DNA from: Tautonia marina
Lineage (GTDB): Bacteria; Planctomycetota; Planctomycetia; Isosphaerales; Isosphaeraceae
Direction of reading: 5' to 3'
NCBI RefSeq assembly: GCF_009177065.1
Contig: NZ_WEZF01000031.1
Span: forward strand, 13,637-45,636
DNA length: 32,000 nt
Below the pieces are notes generated by a model. That model saw only the letters and a list, made by a program, of their open reading frames with translations. It did no database searches and had not been told where the DNA came from. The position numbers and the translations under genes were made by a program. Every line of letters begins with the position of its first letter. Within the stretch, counting starts at the first letter, position 1. Shown one piece after another: positions 8,606 through 15,870 of this stretch.

Positions 8606-9277
8606 ATGAAACCATTCGACAACTACGAAATCTCCGGCTGCCAGCGCCTCGATGATGCTGGCACACCCGACCCGTATGGCAGCATCACCGTCACCTGCGA
8701 CGACGATGAGGCGGAATTCTGGACGCTCTACGGCCATGTCCAGGGCGAGCGCGTGGAAGCCCTCGGCGATTACTCCAGCCGCGAAGCGGCGGAAGAGGTG
8801 TACCAGTGCATCACCGGCCAGCCGTTCCCAAACCTCTATGAATGCGACCCACATATCCGCCGCATGCACCTTGCCGCCGAAGCGTTCGCGTTGCTGGAGC
8901 GTGCCGCCAGCGAACTCGAAATCTGGCAGCTCGGCTGCGGGCCGGAAGGCGATCCTGACACGCAGGCGATTCTCAGCGATGTACGGGCACTCTTCGCCAT
9001 GGCCGACGGCACCGGCGAAGCGGTGCCGCCATCGCCGCGGGAAATCGCGGTCAGCTGGGCTATCGAGGATGTGCAGGAAATCCGCCCGGATTTGAGCGAC
9101 GCTCAGGCGTGCCAGGTCCTGCAATGGGCGAAGCACCATCACGACGCGACCATCGGAATCAACCGGGAGGTGCTCGCCTGCCATGCCGAGCATCTCTTCG
9201 GCGATGCCCCGGCGGCGAACGGCGGAGCAGCGCCCGCATCCATCAACCTGAACACCATGGAGGAAACACAACCATGA
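8606..9277 (+). CDS. hypothetical acidic protein (223 aa)
   Basis: AAGGAG lies upstream, 5 nt after the previous stop. The product is MKPFDNYEISGCQRLDDAGTPDPYGSITVTCDDDEAEFWTLYGH.. Confidence 0.6.
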   Translation: MKPFDNYEISGCQRLDDAGTPDPYGSITVTCDDDEAEFWTLYGHVQGERVEALGDYSSREAAEEVYQCITGQPFPNLYECDPHIRRMHLAAEAFALLERAASELEIWQLGCGPEGDPDTQAILSDVRALFAMADGTGEAVPPSPREIAVSWAIEDVQEIRPDLSDAQACQVLQWAKHHHDATIGINREVLACHAEHLFGDAPAANGGAAPASINLNTMEETQP

Positions 9278-9474
9278 CCCAGCAATTTACCTACGAAATC
9301 ATGCTGAACGTGGAACGCGAAGGCTTGCTGACCATTCCCATCGCTGGTTTCCGCGTGCAGGGATGGCTCGACACCGACCGCGACTTCGCCGAACAACTTG
9401 AAGAGCGTATCGCGGAACATTTGAGGCGGATCGTACCGAAGCTGGAGAAGGCGCGGCCAGTTGCCCGGGAATAA
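9274..9474 (+). CDS. small hypothetical protein (66 aa)
   Basis: An internal ATG of ORF 9109-9474 overlaps the previous stop as ATGA (9274-9277). GGAGGA lies upstream. The product is MTQQFTYEIMLNVEREGLLTIPIAGFRVQGWLDTDRDF.. Confidence 0.5.
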   Translation: MTQQFTYEIMLNVEREGLLTIPIAGFRVQGWLDTDRDFAEQLEERIAEHLRRIVPKLEKARPVARE

Positions 9475-9489
9475 AGGCTCTCCGGAATC

Positions 9490-9984
9490 TCAGCCGTCTG
9501 CCTTCCGGAAGGTGATGCTCCGGATGACCGTGGCCGCATCGTCTTCCGCCGGCTGATTCGCCGGTTGCTCCCATACCCAGTAAATCGCCATCCGGCCGAG
9601 GGCCGCGCAGAGCGGAATAAGGTTCCGGCCCTCGATGACGGCTTCCGTCACTTCGCTGCCGCTGAACCGCACGATGAGCTTCGGGCCTGAGCCCGGCCGC
9701 TCGCCCTCGGCCATCCAGACCCGCTCCAGGCCGTGATAGAGGAAGCCGACCGGCAGCATGTTCTTCGGCAGGAAGAACAGGCAGGCCACCGGGCGGCTGG
9801 AAAGCCGCGAATACGCCCGGTAGGGATCGCCCGCCACCGGCAGCGGCGGATGGTCGTCGTTAACCGCCGGTGCCGCCTCCGGCGCTACCGGCTCCGGCCT
9901 TTCGGGCTCAGAGCGTGCCGCACCAGCTTTGCGGTCGATCATGTCGAGGATGCTGAATTTCTCTGCCATCCGCTCATCGGCCAT
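9490..9984 (-). CDS. hypothetical protein (164 aa) translationally coupled to the relaxase gene
   Basis: ATG at 9984 overlaps the relaxase 3' end (stop 9974-9976) by 11 nt. Composition is protein-like (..LFFLPKNMLPVGFLYHGLERVWMAEG..). No family recognised. Confidence 0.5.
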   Translation of the reverse strand: MADERMAEKFSILDMIDRKAGAARSEPERPEPVAPEAAPAVNDDHPPLPVAGDPYRAYSRLSSRPVACLFFLPKNMLPVGFLYHGLERVWMAEGERPGSGPKLIVRFSGSEVTEAVIEGRNLIPLCAALGRMAIYWVWEQPANQPAEDDAATVIRSITFRKADG

Positions 9985-12889
9985 GGCCGTGCTCCTGTTG
10001 CTGTGATCTCAGACGTTCGGCGTGCGTGAATCCTTCCGGCCGGTAGCCGCCCACAGGCGAACGGTCTGCCGGCGAAGCTTCCGTGCCGTTGCGGGAAAAC
10101 GCCCGGCTCCATGCCGCACGCATGGTGTCGAACAGGCGGAGCTTCCGCCTGCGGGCCAGATGCCGCTGCCGCCGCTCCTGCTCCTCCCTTGCCGGATCGG
10201 GCTTCGCCGCCGGCATCAAATCGAGGGCGAGCCGCTTCAGGCTCGATTTCTGGATACGCTCGCGCACCGCCTCCTTATCGTCGGTAAAGAGCGAAAGCTG
10301 CTGCTTCGCCCTGGTCGCGCTCACATACATCTGCTCCATGCTGGTCGCCGGCAGCGACATGGACGACATGCCGAGAATCACCCGCTTCACGGTGCGCCCT
10401 TGCGAGCCCATCGAGGTTTCGACGTAGCCGTGCCGCAGATGGCCGGCATCCCGGCTCACTTTCCAGCCGTTTTCAAGGACGATGTTGCCTTTGCGGTCGA
10501 ACCCGCTTACCACCTGCGTATCGCCGTTTTTGAGCCGGTGTTTGCCGTCCAGGCTCTTTACCGTGCCCGTAAACCGCACGACATCGCCGGTGCTTAAGGA
10601 AAGCGTCTCCGGCCGGTAGAGGCTGAACCGCTCCGCCTGTGACACCGGCACCGAGTTCGGATCGGTAACAACGAGCCGCTCGCCTTTACGGAAGCCTTTC
10701 GCGTTCTGGTGGAACTGAATCACATCGCCGGGCCGGTAGGTGCTGCTTTCCGAGCGTTCGGCCAGCGAGGTCATCACCGGCATCAGCCGAAGAACTTCCC
10801 GCTCTTCGGAGCCGAGCCGGCCCTTTTCCCGAAGCCGGCTGCGGATTTCGGCGGTCATCAGGTTTGCTTCCGCGTGGGTCGGCGCAACGGCGAGCACGCG
10901 GGCCTGCGGCGGCAGGTGTTCGAATTCTTCTGCAGCGGCCACGTATTCCTCTGCCATGCGCTGCACCCGCTCTTCGCCGTTTGCCATCTCATGCACCCAG
11001 CCGAGCCGGTCGAGCGCATCAAAGCCCTCCGCCGCCTTGCCCTCGTAGAGCAGCCCGGCCGCTTCCCGGTATTCCGGGCTTTCCTGACGGAGAATCTCCG
11101 TCAGCCGGAAGGGCCGGATATGCCCGTAGTCCTTCAGCAGCCGCATGAAGGCACCGCGGCCGATGGAGCCGTGTTGGCGCGGATCGCCAACAACGATGAG
11201 CTTCAGGTTCTGCCGCTTCACCACCTCCATCAGCTTCACGGCATCGGCGTGCGAGAGCATCGAGCTTTCATCGACGACGACGCGGCCGTTCTGTGCTGCC
11301 GCCTGCATCTTTTCGTCGAGCAGGAAGCGGGCGAGCGTGTCGGCTTCGAAGCCTTCCTGATTCAGCACCTTCACCGAGGTAGCCGTGGTGCCGAGCCAGG
11401 TGACGGCCTGGCCCTGAAGCGCTGCCCCTTCCGCAAATTTCTTCAGCAGCGACGATTTCCCGGCACCGGCCGGCCCCTCGATCAGGTTGACGCGGTTTTC
11501 GCTTGTAAGCAGGCCGGTCACCGCTTCCCACTGGCCGCGGTTCAGGTACTCGCGCTCAAGCCCCCCGGATACGCCAATCGGGGCCACCGCTCCCCTGCCG
11601 GCCATGGCCCAATCTGCCATTCCCCGCTCTTCGGCGAGCAGCTCTGGCGTGGTCGCCACCCGCTCGCCATCGCGCTCCACGAGGATGACGCCCTGCCGCT
11701 TCAGCTCCCGTTCGATGTCTTCCGGCGACGCCGCGCCTAAGCTCCGCTCCAGCGCCGTCGTCATCAGCGTCTCCGGCGGCAGGGTCGATTCCTGCTCGAA
11801 ATGGTGCCGCATCGCAAACGCCACCGCCCGCTCAGGCGTGTTTTCCGGGCGGCCGTTCTCGCCACGCATCGCCCGTTTGATGGTCTCGGCGATGGCCCGA
11901 CGCTCAGCCCCGGTTTGCCGGCTCCGCCAGTATTCGCGGCACTCTTCGAGCGTCAAATCATCACGCTTGGTCTGTCGCGAGGTTGCGGCGAGCCGGTCGC
12001 GGGCCACGGTGCTTAAGGAGTCCGGAGCGGTCGCATCCAGCTCCCTGTTCTCAGCGACGATGGCCGCTTCCGTCGCGTCGATATCCCGCGTGCGGCGGGA
12101 CGATTTCTCAAGCGCCGACTGCCAGTCCGGTTCGAACGACGGAGCCGGCCGGATGTCCCACGAGTAATAGCGGCTGCCGCCCTGTTCGCTGTTTTGCCAC
12201 TTCGTCTCAATCTCGTAGCCGAGGCCGCTCAGCTTCTTCGCAAGAATCGCATCGAAGCTCCGGTCGAAGAATTTCCGCAAATCCATCAGCGGCCGGAATT
12301 TCACCGCCTTCCAGCGGCCTTCGGCATCGTCGAAGGTCAGGTTGAGCACGACGCCGTGGATATGCCGGTCTTCATCCGGCATCACCCGCCATGGATGGTC
12401 TTCCGGCAGCGATTCATCGACAGTGGGGCGGGTTTCGGCATGCTCGACGGCGTAGGCCACCAGATTGCCGGTAATGCGGTCCTCGTGCTTTCCATCCACG
12501 CGCACCCGGGTTGTTGCGTATCCCTCCAGCATGGCGAGCGCCTCGCGGAAGGATTCCCATAAGGCTTCGTGCACGCGCACATCGCCGCCCTCGATGGCGT
12601 GCGTCACGCCTTTGGGCACGCTCGCGGTCACATCCCAGGCCGGGATACGGTTGTCGCGCAGACGGGCGGTAAGCTGCTCGCCCGTGAACGGGTCGAGCCC
12701 GTGCAGCATGTTGCGGAACTGGTCGAATTCCGGCGGGCCTTCAAGCCCGAGCATCGCGGCACCGCGGCCGGCCCATTCGGCGTGCAGGCCATGCTCGCCA
12801 TGGTAGTAGCCGCCGTCGCTCCGGGCGTAGTACAGCTCCGCCCGGCGTGCCGCCTCTTTACCCGTTCCGACCGGCTTCATTCGCAACAT
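9974..12889 (-). CDS. MOBF-family conjugative relaxase-helicase (TrwC/TraI-like)
   Basis: The N-terminus AELYYARSDGGYYHGEHGLHAEWAGRGAAMLGLEG is the typical TrwC-type relaxase opening. A histidine triad region ..DRHIHGVVLN.. is present. The P-loop helicase half has LIEGPAGAGKSSLL and VVVDESSM. The start is uncertain: ATG 12889 is chosen, but the ORF is open to TTG 12946 and there are other ATGs at 12925 and 12880. Confidence 0.85.
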   Translation of the reverse strand: MLRMKPVGTGKEAARRAELYYARSDGGYYHGEHGLHAEWAGRGAAMLGLEGPPEFDQFRNMLHGLDPFTGEQLTARLRDNRIPAWDVTASVPKGVTHAIEGGDVRVHEALWESFREALAMLEGYATTRVRVDGKHEDRITGNLVAYAVEHAETRPTVDESLPEDHPWRVMPDEDRHIHGVVLNLTFDDAEGRWKAVKFRPLMDLRKFFDRSFDAILAKKLSGLGYEIETKWQNSEQGGSRYYSWDIRPAPSFEPDWQSALEKSSRRTRDIDATEAAIVAENRELDATAPDSLSTVARDRLAATSRQTKRDDLTLEECREYWRSRQTGAERRAIAETIKRAMRGENGRPENTPERAVAFAMRHHFEQESTLPPETLMTTALERSLGAASPEDIERELKRQGVILVERDGERVATTPELLAEERGMADWAMAGRGAVAPIGVSGGLEREYLNRGQWEAVTGLLTSENRVNLIEGPAGAGKSSLLKKFAEGAALQGQAVTWLGTTATSVKVLNQEGFEADTLARFLLDEKMQAAAQNGRVVVDESSMLSHADAVKLMEVVKRQNLKLIVVGDPRQHGSIGRGAFMRLLKDYGHIRPFRLTEILRQESPEYREAAGLLYEGKAAEGFDALDRLGWVHEMANGEERVQRMAEEYVAAAEEFEHLPPQARVLAVAPTHAEANLMTAEIRSRLREKGRLGSEEREVLRLMPVMTSLAERSESSTYRPGDVIQFHQNAKGFRKGERLVVTDPNSVPVSQAERFSLYRPETLSLSTGDVVRFTGTVKSLDGKHRLKNGDTQVVSGFDRKGNIVLENGWKVSRDAGHLRHGYVETSMGSQGRTVKRVILGMSSMSLPATSMEQMYVSATRAKQQLSLFTDDKEAVRERIQKSSLKRLALDLMPAAKPDPAREEQERRQRHLARRRKLRLFDTMRAAWSRAFSRNGTEASPADRSPVGGYRPEGFTHAERLRSQQQEHGHGR

Positions 12890-12954
12890 GGGCGATGCCC
12901 CCGCCTTTACCAAATCCAGGGGCATCCTAACGGCGAAAACCACCAAATCAAGCA

Positions 12955-13150
12955 GTAGTTGTGTGAAAGTGCTTTCACCATGACCGTAGCAGTCTGATGC
13001 CCTAGCGGTAAACCTCTAGGAAAACCGCGGGGTTTTCACGGTGAAACCGCTTTCGCGGCGAGGGCAGCAGATGCACGTCTTAGTTGAATGACTGGTACAG
13101 TAACGGTTTAAGGACTGGGCATACCCGGAAGGGTAAACGCCGCTCCGGCG
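12955..13150. other. candidate oriT region (cluster of short palindromes immediately upstream of the relaxase gene)
   Basis: Palindromes read directly: GTGAAAG-TG-CTTTCAC (12963-12978); GAAAACC-GCGG-GGTTTTC (13020-13037); TTCAC-G-GTGAA (13035-13045); CCGC-TTTC-GCGG (13047-13058). Four GTGAAA-type half sites form two palindromic pairs about 70 bp apart. The region is non-coding and lies between the relaxase start and the next CDS. The nic site is not identified. Confidence 0.45.
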
Positions 13151-13187
13151 ATTGACCGGCCCTGAATACCGGAGTATCGCTTTAGGC

Positions 13188-13703
13188 ATGTTCGACGCAG
13201 CCAACGACAACGAAGACGAAGAAACCGGGCCTTCCCGGGCGCAGCCGCCGCTTTACGTGCTCCGCGTCCCGGAAACCTGCCCGAACTGCGGCTCCGCCAC
13301 CGGCGTCTGCACGCTCGCCGCTTCCGGCCTCTACGACGCCAGCGACGGCGATTTCTTCGACCGCTTCATCGTGCTCACCCATGCCGCGGAAGTGCCGGAG
13401 CAGCTGCTCGCGCTGCTGCGGGCCCGCTTCCCAAACTGGTATCCGGACCGCGAGGAGGGAAGCGGCACCGCCTATCTGATGAATCACTGCGAATGCGGCA
13501 GCCGGCTCACGGACGATGACATCCACGCCGAGCCCGGCGCGGCCTTTCACCCGACCAGCCCCGACGCATGCCGGAACATCTCGCTGTATCGCCTGCCCAT
13601 CGGCGAGGAGCTGCCGCTCGTCTGCAGCTGGACCATCGGCGTCGGCGAATGGCTCGACCCGGCCAGGGCGGCCGACTGGCAGGCAGGCGATGCAGGAGCT
13701 TGA
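13188..13703 (+). CDS. hypothetical protein with split zinc-ribbon-like cysteines (CPNC .. CEC)
   Basis: ATG 13188 lies within ORF 13152-13703, which opens with TTG. The product is MFDAANDNEDEETGPSRAQPPLYVLRVPETCPNCGSATGVC...MNHCECGSRL.. No family recognised. Confidence 0.45.
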   Translation: MFDAANDNEDEETGPSRAQPPLYVLRVPETCPNCGSATGVCTLAASGLYDASDGDFFDRFIVLTHAAEVPEQLLALLRARFPNWYPDREEGSGTAYLMNHCECGSRLTDDDIHAEPGAAFHPTSPDACRNISLYRLPIGEELPLVCSWTIGVGEWLDPARAADWQAGDAGA

Positions 13704-13899
13704 TTTCAGCGACTCGCAGCTTCCGCCGGAGGAACTCGCCGAATACCGCCGGCACTACCGCAGCGAAGAGCAGGATGAGCAGGCCCGCATCGACGCGAAG
13801 CTCGCCCGGGTAAAGCTTTGCATGGGCATGGAAGAGCATTTCCGGCCGGGGCTCAGCCTGAAGGCGATGCCGCTGCCGCTCCTCGTGCTTCGGGAATAA
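13690..13899 (+). CDS. small hypothetical protein (69 aa)
   Basis: An internal ATG of ORF 13516-13899 overlaps the previous gene by 14 nt. The product is MQELDFSDSQLPPEELAEYRRHYRSEEQDEQARIDAKLARV.. The SD is weak. Confidence 0.35.
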   Translation: MQELDFSDSQLPPEELAEYRRHYRSEEQDEQARIDAKLARVKLCMGMEEHFRPGLSLKAMPLPLLVLRE

Positions 13900-13952
13900 A
13901 CGACCAAACGACGGGAGGATACTGATTCAGCACCGCCTGAGGCGTCAAGAGC

Positions 13953-14459
13953 TTAGTCAACTACCTTAATGCCCTTTGGCCGCTTGATTTCTTCAGGTAG
14001 GTGATCCGCCGGAAGCACACGCTGATAGGAGCCAGTAGTCTGCACCATGACGCGCTGGCCTTTCTCCAGTACCTTGTCTTCGGAGTTTAGATTCTGGGCT
14101 ACCGTCATCGCTTTGCCCTGCTCAGTCACTACTGTGTACTCAATTCCCTTCGAGTCGGCCGCCGCTTGTTCTGCCGCTGCACCAATGATTGCCCCTGCAA
14201 GCGCTCCACCGGCAGCTGCCCAAATCTGCCCGCTGCCGTCACCAACGTAGGCACCGGCCCCACCTCCGGCTAGCGCACCTGCGGTAGCTCCTGCCCCGGT
14301 GTTGCGACCGGTGATATCGATTTCCCGAACATCGACGATGGTGCCGAAATCGACCAGCACCGACTGGCCAACCTCGTTATATCGGTACTGATTTTGACCC
14401 TGCTGCTTGGCACATCCGGCCAGTGAAATGGCAACCAAAAGTACTACAACGTAACGCAT
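13953..14459 (-). CDS. SlyB/PCP-like outer-membrane glycine-zipper lipoprotein
   Basis: Lipobox LVAISLAG|C. The architecture matches E. coli SlyB as I recall it: ..DFGTIVDVREIDITG.., then glycine zippers GAGATAGALAGGGAGAYVG and AAGGALAGAIIGAAA, then a beta-rich tail (GIEYTVV..GQRVMVQ). G+C appears by eye to be lower than the backbone (not hand-counted). Confidence 0.7.
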   Translation of the reverse strand: MRYVVVLLVAISLAGCAKQQGQNQYRYNEVGQSVLVDFGTIVDVREIDITGRNTGAGATAGALAGGGAGAYVGDGSGQIWAAAGGALAGAIIGAAAEQAAADSKGIEYTVVTEQGKAMTVAQNLNSEDKVLEKGQRVMVQTTGSYQRVLPADHLPEEIKRPKGIKVVD

Positions 14460-14468
14460 AATAAATCC

Positions 14469-15011
14469 TTACCTAATATCTGCTTCTGTTTTTCGGGCCA
14501 GCGACTGTGCGATATGGGCAATGTTTTCACCGAAAGCACCACCGGCTGCCTCATATATCACCATCGTCGAGTTCGCACCAAAGAGGGGATATTCCGACGT
14601 ATGCGGTACAACCACAAGCTCACGATAGACCGGATCGCCGGACTTCGCTTCGACCAGCGTATATTCCACGGCACAGCCTGTTTCGCAGCTTCCGAACATA
14701 CAGCTTGGCATCTGAAAATCTTTGATGTCACTCAGGAGATGATACTCAGCATCGCTGGCATTCTGGTTTAGTAGGCCCGCTGCGTTGAACCCACGCTGCA
14801 AGGCAAATGGGAGATTGTTGAAAAACGGGTCGTCTTCCTGCCATTCGAGGCTTCGGATCACGTCTCCTATCGCAAGTTTTCCTTTGAGATAATAATTTCC
14901 GTCAACCTGTTTGAAGGATTGCTCCCTCGGTTCCATCATATGAGCAGGGATGGGGTTATTAGTACAGGCCGCCAGGGCAAGCAAACAGAGGGGAATCAGT
15001 TTTTTCAGCAT
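14469..15011 (-). CDS. hypothetical lipoprotein (180 aa)
   Basis: Signal peptide plus lipobox MLKKLIPLCLLALAA|CTNN. It lies 9 nt upstream of the SlyB-like gene on the same strand. GGGAGA lies upstream of the ATG. Confidence 0.65.
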   Translation of the reverse strand: MLKKLIPLCLLALAACTNNPIPAHMMEPREQSFKQVDGNYYLKGKLAIGDVIRSLEWQEDDPFFNNLPFALQRGFNAAGLLNQNASDAEYHLLSDIKDFQMPSCMFGSCETGCAVEYTLVEAKSGDPVYRELVVVPHTSEYPLFGANSTMVIYEAAGGAFGENIAHIAQSLARKTEADIR

Positions 15012-15038
15012 CGCGTTCTCCCGACTTACATCCCGCCT

Positions 15039-15067
15039 AAGCTACATGCACTACTATTTATTGGCAA
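15039..15067 (-). promoter_or_regulatory. possible sigma70-type promoter for the lipoprotein pair
   Basis: The minus strand reads TTGCCA (15067-15062), a 17-nt spacer, then TAGCTT (15044-15039). It lies ~28 nt upstream of ATG 15011. Pattern match only. Confidence 0.25.
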
Positions 15068-15085
15068 CTTTTAATATTTCGGATT

Positions 15086-15613
15086 TCATCGACTAAGTTT
15101 CGACGTTCGAGCTGCCTGGCCGCAATGCGGCAGCATCCCGCAGGGCCGGCACTGCGCAGGCTTCGGAAATACCCTGGCTGGCGTAGCCAGATCCTGCCGT
15201 ATGGCCCTGATCTGCTCGGCCATGCCAAGTACCTGAGCCCGAAGTGCCTCCGTGTTCTCGATGCGGCATCGCGTGCCGTCGCCAAGGACGATGAAGCCGT
15301 GCGACGGCCGGCGGCCGAGCCGGTCCTCGATGAGCAGGAAATACACGCCCATCTGAGCCCTGTGCCAGGGCCGAAGCGTTCGGGCGGATTTCCATTCCTC
15401 GGGGATGACGCTATCGCCCTGCCGGACAATCCGGTCGGGCCGGCCGGTGAGCCCGAGCCGCTTCGAAGTGAGCGTCACCTGGTCGAGCGAAACCGTGCGG
15501 CCTGCCTCAAGCCCGGCTTTCTGCCGCAGCCCTCTGCCGGCCCGCACCAGCAGAAGCCCAATACCGAGCAGGCAGAGGGCAAGCAGAAGCCCGAGCCAGA
15601 GGGGAAAGCTCAT
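15086..15613 (-). CDS. membrane-anchored Cas4/RecB-like PD-(D/E)XK nuclease, C-terminal piece (catalytic core + CX2CX5C)
   Basis: N-terminal TM helix (SFPLWLGLLLALCLLGIGLLLV). Then GLTGRPDRIV..VIPEEWKS (D..ExK), QMGVYFLLIE (QxxxY), and a C-terminal CRPCGMLPHC cysteine cluster. ATG 15613 overlaps the upstream stop as ATGA. A GTG at 15619 is also possible. Confidence 0.7.
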   Translation of the reverse strand: MSFPLWLGLLLALCLLGIGLLLVRAGRGLRQKAGLEAGRTVSLDQVTLTSKRLGLTGRPDRIVRQGDSVIPEEWKSARTLRPWHRAQMGVYFLLIEDRLGRRPSHGFIVLGDGTRCRIENTEALRAQVLGMAEQIRAIRQDLATPARVFPKPAQCRPCGMLPHCGQAARTSKLSR

Positions 15614-15867
15614 CGCCACAATGTCCAGAGCAGCACCAGGGCCGCCAGCAGCAGGGCACAGCCAGCCAGCACCCAGCCCAGGCCGATCGACGAGCCGGCG
15701 ACCGCCTCGACGGCGGCCTTCCGCTTATGGTACCGGGTTCCGGCCTGCATCTCCCGCCGGTTCGCCGGCGGAAGCCTCAGGCCCTCTTGCAGACGCCATT
15801 GCTCCGGGCAGTAGGCGAAGCTGGCGATTTCATGGGCAGAGATTAATTCTGTCACAACTTCCGCCAC
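15610..15867 (-). CDS. small membrane protein carrying the Cas4-type N-terminal cysteine motif (N-terminal piece of a split Cas4-like nuclease)
   Basis: GTG start, 3 nt after the PIN-like stop. ISAHEIASFAYCPEQWRL..MQAGTRYH resembles the Cas4/DUF83 N-terminus (first Fe-S cysteine plus the G..H motif). A TM helix follows (IGLGWVLAGCALLLAALVLLWTLW). Confidence 0.55.
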   Translation of the reverse strand: MAEVVTELISAHEIASFAYCPEQWRLQEGLRLPPANRREMQAGTRYHKRKAAVEAVAGSSIGLGWVLAGCALLLAALVLLWTLWR

Positions 15868-15870
15868 TGT

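Noticed and set aside
10709-11740. 343-aa plus-strand ORF (and other plus ORFs 10022-12958) inside the relaxase gene
   Set aside because: It is antisense to a gene with strong MOBF relaxase and P-loop helicase signatures. It shows the typical high-GC shadow-ORF composition.
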